The notes: a model not told the origin generated them from the letters alone. Shown: positions 51,560-62,977, counted from the stretch's first letter. The stretch is 64,000 bases of DNA from Felis catus (GCF_018350175.1 NC_058375.1:123628001-123692000), one strand, 5' to 3'. A program made the numbers and translations.

Positions 51560-52482
51560 ATTCATCGGCAAGTTCTGTTTCTAAAACCTATCTTAAGGTT
51601 GTCCAGTTGTCTACACTTTCATGCCTTCTCATCAAGCCTGAGACACCATTGTCTCAGGACTCCCACAGTGACCTTCTGATCTCTCCACTTCCTCTTAACC
51701 CACTCCCTATGTGTGCTTCCTATGGCAGCCAGAGCAATTTCTTTTTTTAACATCACCCAGAATGTTGTCGCTTCCTTGCTTAAAACTGATCAATGGCTTC
51801 CCATCACACTAAGAAGGGAATCTTAACTTTTTACTATGAGCCTCAGGACTCTACACATGGGCTGCCACTTGCCACTCCCATCTCATGTTCGTGTTGAACA
51901 CCTGGTCTTCTTTATTTTTTGTTTAATGTTTTGATTTTTTTAAAGTTTATTTATTTATGTTGAGAGAGAGAATGAGCAGGGTAGGGGCAGAGACAGGAAG
52001 GAGAGAGAGAATTCCAAGCAGGCTCCATGAACCATGGAGCCTCGAACCCATGAACCATGATATCAGGACGTGAGCTGAAACCAAGATCGGATGCTTGATT
52101 ACACCTAGTCTTTCTTAAACCCACCTGCTGATTCCTCCATGGGGTTGCTCTCCCCACAGACTGCAGTTCTCCATTACTGGCTCAGTCTCAGTCTTTAGAA
52201 CCAAAGTCATCTGCTTAGGGCCTTCCCTGACAGATCTATTGGAAATGAGCCTTTCCTACTTACTAACATGTCTCCATGTTTACTTCCTTCTGAGCATTTA
52301 TCACAATCCATATTTGCTTATCTATGTACCTCTCCCTTCTAGAAAATAAACTTCATAATATAAGGGCCCTATTTGTTTTGTTTATTGCTATATCTCTAGG
52401 TACCTTGAGGTTAAGGTCATTCTTAGATGGTCCAGTATCTTGAATAGAGGATGGAAGACAGTTGGCACTCAATAAATATTTG
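51560..52482 (+). mobile_element. L2 3' region, SINE-interrupted
   Basis: cttgcttaaaactgatcaatggcttcccatcac; end gcactcaataaatatttgt. Confidence 0.72.
51911..52100 (-). mobile_element. 5'-truncated, internally deleted Can-SINE in L2
   Basis: T-rich tail and (GA) tract; TSD acacct(g/a)gtctt. Confidence 0.82.
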
Positions 52483-52697
52483 TAGAGCCTATGGATATTT
52501 GCCCCATATTGTCTAGCAATGGTCATTCAAGAGAACATCAGTAAATACTTTTTGATCAATTGCCCTATGAGGGCCTATGATAGAAAACAATACCTTGGCA
52601 GAATTATGTTTTGAGTTATAGTTCTACATTTTGTTCTTCAGAGTTACTAAGAATTATAACATCATAAACTTATGATATAAAATATTTAGTGTAAGTG

Positions 52698-52780
52698 ATA
52701 TATATATTATATATTATACATATATATTATATGTATATGTATATATAATAATAATATATAATATATATACACATATACAT
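52698..52780. repeat. AT-rich (TA)n low-complexity tract
   Basis: Visible directly. Confidence 0.9.
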
Positions 52781-53609
52781 TAGTACAAACATGTATTGCA
52801 ACACTTTCTAAAAGATGTCCTATGCATAAAATGGCACACTTAAATATTTAAAAATTATAACATTATGAATAAACTTCACTTACTAACATGTATTTTTTGT
52901 GAGCTCCAGAAGCAAAACCAGGTCCTTGAAGTCTTGTCTGAAGCAAAGGTCCCAGAGCCATCTTAGAATTTCTCAGGGATGTAACTCTGGCCACAGAAGC
53001 AACTCCCCTTCAATAGAATCACTTCCTAGGAAACACCCTCTCACTTGGTTAGGGGTAACTTAGTGATGTGGTCATTTTCTGTGCCCCCCACACATTCTTG
53101 GGTACAAACCAGGAGAATGAAAGTGGTGATGGAGAATAGCTGCTTTTAAGGAATGGGCTCAGTCATTTTAGGTCACTAATTATAAAAGTCTCCCTTTTTA
53201 GACTTAGTATTAGTAAGTTGAATCTTTTTATGAATTAATTAATCTCAAAGGGGAGAGGAACTCTTTCATGATTGCAAAACATAAGCCTGCCTCCATGTGA
53301 CAGATGACTCTCAAAAGTCAAATGGGGCCTGGATAAATTGAACTCCTACTACATGAACTACCCAGCATGGACAACTTGTAGCAGGACACTATTTTTAGTA
53401 CCTTTGGTTTATAACCTGAATTCACCCAGGCTTTCAAGTGGGTACAAGTTCACAGTATCAGCTAGATCTCTCATTTCACTGGCTTGCACTCTTATCCGTA
53501 CACATACATAATGCTGGGCCTCATGCCCTGAAAGATCTCCTATACCCCTCTAGTGATTTCTGGAGTCTACATGCTCCAAACATGTGCTCACACAAGAGCC
53601 TTCTCTCTC

Positions 53610-53890
53610 TTTTGGATGGTGCTTAATTCATGAGGATGAAACCATAATGAATGGGATTCATGCCTTACAAAAGCAGCTCCAGAGAGAGATCAGTGAGATC
53701 AGTGACCATGTGAGGGCAGTGAGACACAGTCCTGTCTATGAACTAGGAAAAGGGCCCTCACTTAAATGCAACCATGCTGGTGCCTTCATTTTGAACTTCC
53801 CAGCCTCCAGAACTGTGAGAAATAAATTTCTGTTATTTATGAGTTACCCAGTTTGCGGTATTTCATGATAGCAGCCTAAATGGACTAAAG
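53610..53890 (+). mobile_element. MLT1A/MST-like LTR fragment
   Basis: accatgctggtgccttcattttgaacttcccagcctccagaactgtgagaaataaatttctgtt..tagcagcctaaatggactaa. Confidence 0.85.
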
Positions 53891-54519
53891 TCGCCTCCCT
53901 TTGGGCCACAGTGAATAGTGCTGCTATGAACATGCGTGTACCTGTAAGTGAGCTTTCTCTTACTGGGTGAAACCACTACATTTGGGGCACCACAGAGGGC
54001 TTCTACCTCTCAGCATCATTGTTGCACTGCTATGCACCCTCAAAAATGACTTTGATGACATTAAGGTTGTGTGGTTCTCATTTTGTGTGTTGTGTTCTAT
54101 TCTTTTAGAATGCTGCTTGTTTCTCAATTTCTTACAGAATTTTGAAAGGAAGAGCCCTTTCTCTGTTACTTCTTTCTGCTAGTGTTCAGTGAGGCTGATA
54201 TGCTAGAAATGAGAATAATATAAGATTTTACTTAACATTACTCCTTTTCTCTGAGGACCAAGACTTTCTTACAGGGCCACAGACTTGCTCCTGGCTTCTT
54301 TCTTTCTTAGGATGAGCCATTTTCAAGAAAAACCTTGGTCTTCATGTGCCTGCCAATGAGTCCCAGATAATTCTGAATGCCTCTTAGACTCCAGCTAGAG
54401 CTCCTATTACATATAGATAAAAGGATTCACGGTTAAACCTTCAATAATGGGTACATAATGGTTTGGGTTAACTTGACTATATCAAATACATGTGGTTGTT
54501 TATTCAGATGTTTACTGGT

Positions 54520-55022
54520 TGTGGTTTTAAAATATGTCCACAAATTTGATACTTCCCTCTATCAAAGGTGGAGCCTAATTCTCACACCTTCTATCCTTTC
54601 CACCTCTCCAGTATATGGGCTGGACTTGGTGACCTGTTTCTAATGAGTAGAATATGGTGAAAGTGATGGAGTTGCTCTAGGAGCTAGGTCATAGAAGACA
54701 CTGTGGTTTCTTCCTTGCTGTCCCTCATACTACTTGCTCTGGAGGAAGCCAGCAAGCCACCATGTCATGAAGACACTTAAAGTAGTCTGTAGAGAGGTTC
54801 ACTAAGGGAGGAACTGAGGCCTCCTGTCCTTAGCCATGGGAGTTTCCCATCTTAAAAGCAGAGCCTTCAGCCCTGTTCCAGCCTTCAGGTGATGGCAGCC
54901 CAGCTGCCATCTTGATTGCAGCCTCATGAAGAAACCTTGAGCCAGAACCACTAAGCCAAGCCACTCCCAAATTCCTGACCCACAGAAACTGAAAGTTTGT
55001 TATAAAGCAATATATAATTAGT
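54520..55022 (+). mobile_element. MLT1F-like LTR
   Basis: tgtggttttaaaatatgtccacaaat..gaggaactgaggcctcctg..gccactcccaaattcctgacccacagaaactg. Confidence 0.82.
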
Positions 55023-55469
55023 ATATTTATTGAATGATCTAGACTTTGCAGGATGCAAACAGGTAATAAGAGTATTCTTTCTCGCTTTTTTTACCTAATA
55101 AATATGCCTTCTCTGTTTTTTGCTGCTCAGGATGAAATAATAGGCATGTTGTTTAGCTTTTCTGGACATTTTTGGGTATTAAAGAGCCCATTTTTGTCTA
55201 ATAATCTTGTAATTTGAGCTCGTATACAATTTAAGTTTCATCCCTCTGCCAACTCAGGGATATATTTCAGGCCTGAAAGCATGTGGTTGGGAGGCAAGTG
55301 TGGTTGGTTTATTTCCCATCTTTCTCTACTTCCTCTCCCCCACTCCATAGGCTGTGTCTGATGCCTCTGCAGGTAGGGGGTTGGGTAGAGGAATGAAGCC
55401 AGGTAAGGAACAGAAAAGGTCTTGACTGGTTAGGTGGCATTATGACATTTGTGACTTCTGGGAATGGCA

Positions 55470-55883
55470 CAGTGGTACACTCATTTGCCTGTACCAACTT
55501 GCAAGAGCTAATTGTTCAATTATCAGGGATATTAGGTGGTTGTTAAACCTAGCCATCATTAAAAATTAAATTATACATAAACTTACAATTGTTTTAAAAT
55601 AAAAGATAATAAATTCTTATCACCTCCTACTTAACTGCATTTGACTGCAATCTATGTTCCTGAGTTTACTCATGTCTACTGCATCTGCAAGGTGGAAGTA
55701 CTTTATAATGGTGTTCTACCTTGCATCTTTTCCCAATGCCACGCAGATGTCATATGGGTAGCCTGAAGTTGGCTGTGGTGGGAGTCTGGAGCCATGGAAT
55801 TATATCTTGTAAATCAGAAATGCTACAAATCTGGATCCTTTTCCTGAAGATCTTGTTGTTAAACCTTTACCAGAACATCACTG
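55470..55883. mobile_element. MER63-like hAT-Blackjack element
   Basis: Ends cagtggtacact / ccagaacatcactg; internal gttaaa..agccatcattaaaaattaaattata. Confidence 0.75.
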
Positions 55884-57614
55884 CTATGGTATATTCCAAA
55901 TGCAGATCTTCATTCTCCTGGAATGCCTCTGGTGGAAAATGTGGTTTCTATAGTTGCCTTTGCATATGCTGTCTCATCTACTTGACCACTTAGAATCCCC
56001 CCCCCCCAAGTAGTTTACTGTTAGGAATACCCCATTCCTCTAGGCAGCCCTAGTGTAGAGAGTTATCCAAATTGCTCCTTCCTATGGGGTTCCCTTCTGG
56101 CCCAGGAGGAATTCACCTTCTTTTGCCTCATCTGAAAGTACAGGCCGTTCCCATCAGAATTCCCTTTGCTCATCTTGCGGTCAGAGCTGCAAGCCTTCTG
56201 CAGGCTGCAGCTGCATCCTGTCACTCTCAGATTTGGACACCAGTCTTTGTGTTCCTTACTGTTGAGATACCATGTGCCACGACGTTTGAATGCTCTCTTG
56301 ATGTGCCTGCCCCCTTGGTTGGCTTGAAGAGAAGCACACCTCCCAATTCCCTATGGGGATATTCAGATTACATGACAACTCTCTTCAAGCGAATATTTTC
56401 CCATACTTTGAATCCTTTCATGGATTCTTAGTCTGCATATACAGCTTGGATACAAATGGTGTGCTAATGGTACAACTGGAGTTGGACACCCCCTTTATAA
56501 GTCTCCCACAGACTGTTTGAGACCTCACCTTAAAAAATGACTCTCTTTGCTACCTATTGTTTATTCTGTGTTTTGAGGCCTCTGCTCAAAGCAGGAGAAG
56601 ACAAGAATAGTCACATCTAACAACCTGCTACACATGTCTTAGCCTCAATCTGTTTTTTCTTTCAAGTCTTTTCAGTTGGGAGTTGAGGCAACGCAGGCTG
56701 TACAAAGGCCACATGGGCTTCATAGGTTGCATGGGCTGAGGAAGGGTTCCAGGGACTATGAAGCTCAGTCTGGGTTGTTTACTTAGTGCCTAGCAGCAGA
56801 TGGGAGCTCAGCTGTTGGTGCAAATGATAAGAGAGGAAAGATCCAACGCTGTGCTGGATGAGTGCTATCAGGTATCAAGTATCAGGAACAGAGCACAAGC
56901 CAAAGATGGGGGATACGAGAATAAGTTAGAAGCTGAGGTCAAGATCACGTTGGGAAGTGGATATGGCTCTCAGAGAACTCATTACCATGCTCTAGCCTGC
57001 TGGCATGGGCCACTCAGCTGGCCGGGGCCTGGTCAGCCGGTTGAAGGCACAGGGTGGGCATGGACAATGTCATTTTAAGTTCCTCACGATTAATTAGATG
57101 GCCTTTAGTTTCTTGTCTAGTACCTTGCCAATTATGTTTTCAACGGGAGGATACAAAAGGAAGTAATATTCAAGTAAGACCCTTTTCAAAATGAGCATCA
57201 ATCTGGTGGCTAGCACAGAGTGCTAAAGGGATACTAGAGAGGCACATTTAGATTCAGTATTTCCTAGCTTAGCAAATACTTGCCCTAATTACATAGTCAG
57301 TTTTGCCTATAACATGAATTTCTTGAAGGCAGGCTCCTCGTTGTATGCAATGTCCCCACAGTACTACCACACTGGTAAGTGTCAAGTGGGTAGTCAGTAA
57401 TTTCTGATTTACTAAAAGTGTTTCTCTCTTATGTAAAATTCTTAGTTTCCATCATATATAAAAGTCCAAACTCTCTAACCTAGTTTCCAGAGCATGCTGC
57501 AACATCAGAACTCATCTGATCTGTCTCATTTCCCACTGTTTCCCTACATACATGCTGTGCTCTGCCCAATCAGTTTTATAACTTGCCGCTGGATACACCT
57601 TTTACTGTTGCTCA

Positions 57615-58147
57615 TGTAGGGGACCAGAATATGCCACCCCAAAATATGCTACTTTGGTATAAGGATTATTTTGAGCTGGAGACAAAAGAGAATCAATAGA
57701 TGTAGAAAGAAGTCTTCCCAAGGCTTCCCTTATCTGACTGAAAGGAGAAATTTGTGAAAAATGAGGACTGTCATTAATAGGAAGTTTCATGGCCATGAAG
57801 AAGGTGGAAGGTCAGTGTCAAGATGAACCAACACAAACTTTATTCCGTTAGTTTCTCTCATATATTTACCTTCCATTGGTTTAGTGCTCTTGAAAGTTTA
57901 ATAAAACTCTCTCTGTTGTTTTGTTATTTCTCTACAAATTATTGTTTTGTTAAGAGCCTATACTAGCCCAAGTTCTAACCACCCCTTTGAGTTACTCTTC
58001 ATTGAGGTTTCTCCTGAATGATGAGTGTTGTACATGTTAATAAACTATTTTTATTTGATCAGTCTGTCTTTTATCAGTCTAATTTTACACCGTCTTAGCA
58101 GGAGAACCTAGGGGGATAAAAGGAAAAATAATTTTTCCTCCCTTACA
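57615..58147 (+). mobile_element. ERV1-class solo LTR (MER39/MER34-like)
   Basis: TG..CA ends, 4-bp TSD CTCA (57611-57614 / 58148-58151), start tgtaggggaccagaatatgccaccccaaaatatg, AATAAA at 58039. Confidence 0.85.
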
Positions 58148-58217
58148 CTCAGACTTTTACTCTCTTAGGAAAAAAAATATCATTCTTCTCCCTGCTCCCT
58201 CATTAAATCCTACACAT

Positions 58218-58243
58218 CACTACACACTACACTACACTACACA
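58218..58243. repeat. (CACTA)n pentanucleotide repeat
   Basis: ~5 units. Confidence 0.85.
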
Positions 58244-58727
58244 TCACTCAGATTCTACCTGTTCCTAAAGCCTTCTCTACTCAGATGTTTGAAGTGATCA
58301 TGCCTTCAGAACTCTAGTCCATGCCCTCAAAGACATGGCAATGAATGATCATCAATCAAGCACTGACTTGGCATGCCTTTTCTATGTACATTTGGAACTT
58401 TCAGTCAAATTTGTGTTGATATTTTGCTCATCTAACCTGCCTTTAAACCCTTTAAAATCTAAGACTTGGTTGTATTCAATAAACCCCAGTACCTGAGATA
58501 CCTCAGAACCTCCCAAGTTTATGACTTTCCCTGAAGCATATGATTTACCCCATAAAATTCAGTAAGGGACACATTCAAAAGCAGTCTTTTCTATACCACA
58601 ATTTGTTTAATTGCAAACCTCAATCCATTAAACTATGTCTTGGAAGCAAATAAAATCAAATATTTATTGAGCTATATGCCCAGCATGCTGGTAGCTACTT
58701 CAGAGAATAGAAAGATACATAGACTTT

Positions 58728-58880
58728 TGTAAGACTGAAAATACAAAGGGACAAAGACCAGAGCATATATAAAAATAGAACTCTGACCCACAACCATTGC
58801 AGCAGTCAGTCCAGAAAGTCAACCACAATCTCGGCGACAACTGGCCCAAAATGGCCAGGATTTGATCAGTAACTCCTAGT
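58728..58880 (+). mobile_element. MER89/MER90-like ERV1 LTR 5' fragment
   Basis: aaaatagaactctgacccacaacc..ggcccaaaatggccaggatttgatcagtaact. Confidence 0.55.
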
Positions 58881-60429
58881 CATGTATAATTTTACTAGAG
58901 CTTGAATTGAATTGTAGTCTTTGAGGCTGGTGCACAGGAGAGTTAGCTAGTGGCTGCTCTGTACATACACAACTTTGTTTTCGTACTCATATTGTGACAT
59001 ATGTATTTTGTGGGAGAAATTACACTCTACATTTCTGGTGGGTTTTTTTGAAGGTGTCAGGCTTAATACCTGATGAATTTTAAGGGTCTACTTTTGTGAG
59101 ATCTCAGTGAAGAGTGATCAACTTTGAAGAGTAAAAAAGGAAATTAATAAGTTAACCGTTTAGTCCTGTGAGACTAGAATAAAGGTGGTACCAACTGACA
59201 GAAATGGAGACTTGGGAAAATTAGGTATAAAGGTCAAGAGACTGCAGGAAGTTCAAATTCATTCAACAGATATTACTGCCAACTCTGTCCTAGGTATTGT
59301 TCTAGATGGTGAGGATATATGGAGAATGATATTGACAAAAATCCTTGCTCTTGTGGAACTTATATATGAAAATGTAGACAGTTGGTATTTGGTGTGAGAT
59401 TTTGAAGTTACTGAGGACTTATCCTTGAGTATATATTATCCAAGATATATACTTGGGGTCCAAAGAAAGCAATGCCTGAAATTAAGATGGTATCACAGCA
59501 CAGAAATCACACTAGAATCTGTTGTCACAGAGCAATACAGTGGAATCTCCTTCAGAGGGAACTGGGGAAATACATTAATGGACGATTAACCTAGGGTTGG
59601 AGACTGCTTGAAGACAGCTGGTCTAGAATTAATCGTATCTTCACTATCACAAGAGTATCACAGCATTGTCCTTTAGCAGATGCTGTGGAAACAGGTGGTA
59701 ATAATGGTAACCTGTATTTACGTACATTTACAAAGTACAATCATTTGCATTATTTAATTAAGAAAAAACCAACTGCCTCCCTATGTTTACACATGGAGAA
59801 CTGAGGCCAAATTGAGAGTAGAATCATCCTCAAGATTAGTAAACAAATTGTGGTCAGATTAAGAATTAGAAGTTTTCATGATCCTTAGATACTCAGAGGT
59901 ATTTATATTATTATTTTTTCAGTCTGTATATTATAAATGTAGCATATAATGAGCTTGTCACCCTAAAGAATGTTAAAGAATAAAAAGGGTGCTGATTATA
60001 TTACTTACTATATGCAACCACATTTCCCCTAAGTAGTAATTTTAAGAACATGGTTAAGATTTTTCCAACTCTCAATGACAGGTTTCTGAATAATTCATTA
60101 GAGGTGCTTGATACTGATCATTTATTAGAAACTGGTTGAGCAACACAAAAAATGTCCATTGATATTGTTTCATTAGTCATCTGAATATGTAATTTCAGTG
60201 AAACAAAAGATTTAAAAGAATTAAAAAATGTAGTATATTGTCACTACGGCAAGAAAGTTAAATTCTTCCTATTTCTTACTATTGCACTTGAAGATGTTAA
60301 AAACGCACTGGTGGTGGATAACTCCAGTTAAATTACAGAACCCTTTAGTCTTGTTTTTCTTTTCTAAATACAAATTAGGACGTTGGTCAAGCATTTTTTA
60401 TGGGATAGTCAAAAGATAGTTAAGAAAAA

Positions 60430-60705
60430 AATCTATACAGCTTACTATTTACATTTGTGGAGTTCCATGAGCCATGAATTGATCTAAGCCCTTCACATTT
60501 GTAAACTAATGTAACCCTGGCATGCATATGTATATGTGTATATGTGTGTGTGTGTGTGTGTATACACACAAGTGTGTAGATATACATAAACAGATGAGGC
60601 AGGTGCCATCATTTTCTCATCATATGAGAAAACTGAGAGCCAAGGAGGTGAAGTAGCTTTCCCCTAGGGACACAGCTTCTACCTCCGAGAACTGGGATCT
60701 AGTTT
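60430..60705 (-). mobile_element. MIR interrupted by TG/TA microsatellite, just upstream of the CpG island
   Basis: atgagaaaactgagag..gaggtgaagtagctttcccc..gacacagct. Confidence 0.6.
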
Positions 60706-61272
60706 TACACACAAAAGGTTCCAGAAAGCAAAAGTTCTGCCAAGCCACTTTGCTTTTAGGTCCTCTCCAACTCTAGGAAACGGAGCTGCTAGCTTTGGTT
60801 CTAGGGCGGGGCCATGTGGAGCCTCGGCCACCTCCCTCGTCCTTCATTCTGCCCCAGCCACCCACGCCCGCTTCCCTCTTCTTCCACCACACCCTGCTTT
60901 ACTTCTTCTATCTCCGCTCCTCCCCAGCGTCACGGAATGGTCTTCGAGCTCCGCGCCCTTGCAGCCTGTAGTACTCCGCTCCAAGCAGCCAAGTCACCTT
61001 GGAGACGCGCCCACGCGCGGTGGGCCGTCGCGCCGCCGTGACGTAACCTCAGCGCCGCCGCCATCGGGCTGGGGGGGCGGGGCGGCGGGGCAGGCTGGCC
61101 GGCTGGGGGCGTGGCCGGGGTCCAGCTTCGGGCCTCCGCGGCCATCGCTGCCTGAGCGGTCCCTTCCCCTCGCCCACTCCCGCCCTTCTGGGCCGAGTGG
61201 GGCTGGGTGGCGTCCGCAGCCTCGCCCCGAGGGACACCGCGGCTTCAGGTGCTGGGCTTCCAGCGCAGCGCA

Positions 61273-61299
61273 ATGTCAGGCGCCGCGACAGCTCTGTGA
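61273..61299 (+). promoter_or_regulatory. Upstream ORF (MSGAATAL*) in the probable SLC35F5 5' UTR
   Basis: ATG TCA GGC GCC GCG ACA GCT CTG TGA ends 55 nt before the main ATG. It is only a uORF if the TSS lies upstream of 61273. Confidence 0.55.
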
Positions 61300-61354
61300 G
61301 TCCGAGGCCGCGGCCGTGGCGCTGGGCGGCGGCGGGTCCGGGCCGAGGCCGCTC

Positions 61355-61394
61355 ATGGTGCCGCCACGACACCATCGCGGGGCAGGAAGGCCAG
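61355..61394 (+). CDS. SLC35F5: SLC35F5 coding exon 1 (MVPPRHHRGAGRP+G, phase 1)
   Basis: ATG at 61355 inside the CpG island. Translation matches the recalled human SLC35F5 N-terminus MVPPRRHRGAGRPG. Donor CAG|GTAGGC at 61394/61395. Confidence 0.93.
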
Positions 61395-62270
61395 GTAGGC
61401 AGGCAGGGGAGGGCCGCGAAATCAACCTGCGCCCAAACCTGCACCGAGTGTCCACGAACGGCCCCACCCCCAGCTGTTGGTGGCGGTCGGAGCGCCCTGG
61501 CCGAAATGGTACTGGTCTCCGAGGGGCGGCGTGAGGGGAAGGCTGACAGGGGCGTGTGAGCCTGGTGAGGACTCAGGCACTAGTGGGAGCTGCTCGAGCG
61601 CCGCCTCCGGGCTTTTTCTCACTCCCTGAGGAGGCGTCACCGGCTTAACTTTTGTTTTTTTTTTTCCCTCAAAGGAAGAGGATTCCCTTTAACAGCTGTT
61701 TCCTCACTCGTCTCGTGAATTTCTCTTTCGATCTAAAGAAACTAGATGCGGTGACAGGCAGGGGTGGGTGCGGGAGCGTGGAGTATCCTCCCCTTCTACC
61801 ACGTGAGGCGTTTGGAAACGTGCCCTCAAGACTCAAAACAAATCACTTCCTCTCAAATAATCAAACTCCCCTGCCAAGAGACAGGGGACCGAGGAGACAC
61901 TCAGAAACAGGCGCGAGTCTAGACCTTGCCCCCTGTGGTGGATTCCTCTGTAGGGAGAGGCGAATGGAGTTGTGTATTTAGGAAACTTGGAGGAGCTATT
62001 TACCAGTAGTTAACTATTGTTAAATACTGCCGTTTGTTGAATACTGCCCCCCCCCCTTTTTTTTTCTGTACTGTGTACGTTTCTGAATATAATTTGAAAT
62101 ATACAGTGAATACCATTAGAGGCTAGAGAATAGTGTCAATTGTATTTAACACACTTAGGTATTTTTCTTTTCATTTGTTCATTTTGAATTTTAAGAGTTA
62201 AAAAAGATGTGATGAACCTTATTTTGAGTCGTTGATGTTTTCGTAATCATCATTTTATGGTTGTTTTTAG

Positions 62271-62361
62271 GTGCGCTGAGTTCTTTACCTCCTTTTAGAC
62301 TCAGATCTGCCAAGTTTTCAGGCATTGCTGTTGAAGATCTCAGAAAGGCCTTCAAAGTAAG
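62271..62361 (+). CDS. SLC35F5: SLC35F5 coding exon 2 (91 nt; [31 protein letters not shown])
   Basis: Acceptor ttgtttttag| at 62270 and donor AG|GTAAAT at 62361/62362. Frame continues from exon 1. Similar to recalled human [31 protein letters not shown]. Confidence 0.93.
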
Positions 62362-62507
62362 GTAAATCCAACTTTTAATTTACCGTGTGACCTTCAAACT
62401 GAACCTTAGCTAACAAGTGATGTTTGTTTCTCTTACGCGAATTTCTCATTTTCTATGGTTATTTTTCGAAATCTTCTCTAATGGGATCTGTATTTTCTAC
62501 AAAACAG

Positions 62508-62649
62508 ACTGCAGATGGTGTGTGTATTTATCATGAACCGGATGAATTCCCAGAGCAGTGGTTTCACCCAGCGCAGGAGAATGGCTCTTGGGATTGTTAT
62601 TCTCCTACTTGTTGATGTGATATGGGTCGCATCCTCAGAACTTACTTCG
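62508..62649 (+). CDS. SLC35F5: SLC35F5 coding exon 3 (142 nt; [47 protein letters not shown], includes first TM helix); gene continues past window end
   Basis: Acceptor ttttctacaaaacag| at 62507 and donor TCG|GTATGT at 62649/62650. Near-identical to the recalled SLC35F5 sequence. Phases 1-2-0 join exons 1-3 without a stop. Confidence 0.96.
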
Positions 62650-62759
62650 GTATGTAATTCTTGTGTAGGAATGATGTTGCATTCTAGTAATGCTGCTGTC
62701 AATCTGCAGTATCTCTCTAATCATTTCTATCTCTCGTGCTTACTTCAAGCAGTATTTTG

Positions 62760-62977
62760 GGGGCGCCTGGGTGGCTCAGTCCTTTAAGCATCCAACTTCG
62801 TCTCAGGTCATGATCTCACGGTTTGGGAGTTCCAGCCCCGCTTCCGGCTCTGTGCTGACATTTTGGAGCCTGGAGCCTGCTTCAGATTCGGGGTCACCCT
62901 CTTTCTCTGCCCCTGCCCTGCTCATGCTCTGTCTCTCCTTCAAAAATAAAATAAACATAAAAATATTTTTTTTTAAA
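62760..62977 (+). mobile_element. Can-SINE in SLC35F5 intron 3 (sense)
   Basis: Perfect 13-bp TSD aagcagtattttg (62747-62759 / 62978-62990). Confidence 0.95.

Larger units (their letters stand above)
60800..61650 (+). promoter_or_regulatory. SLC35F5: CpG island promoter / 5' UTR of SLC35F5
   Basis: Abrupt GC- and CpG-rich stretch in otherwise CpG-depleted DNA, covering exon 1. GC boxes at 60804-60811 and 61074-61083, GGGGCGTGGC at 61106-61115, CRE/ATF-like TGACGTAA at 61039-61046. No TATA box evident. Confidence 0.9.

Noticed and set aside
60959-61534. 191-aa ORF and overlapping GC-rich ORFs on both strands as separate genes
   Set aside because: Stop-poor CpG island. Only 61355-61394 of this frame is SLC35F5 coding; the remainder is UTR, promoter or intron.
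62362-62507. Short intron 2 as a U12-type intron
   Set aside because: Donor is GTAAAT, not GTATCCTT; no U12 branch consensus near the acceptor.
62515-62787. 90-aa ORF as a complete protein
   Set aside because: It is exon 3 read through its GTATGT donor into intron and SINE sequence.
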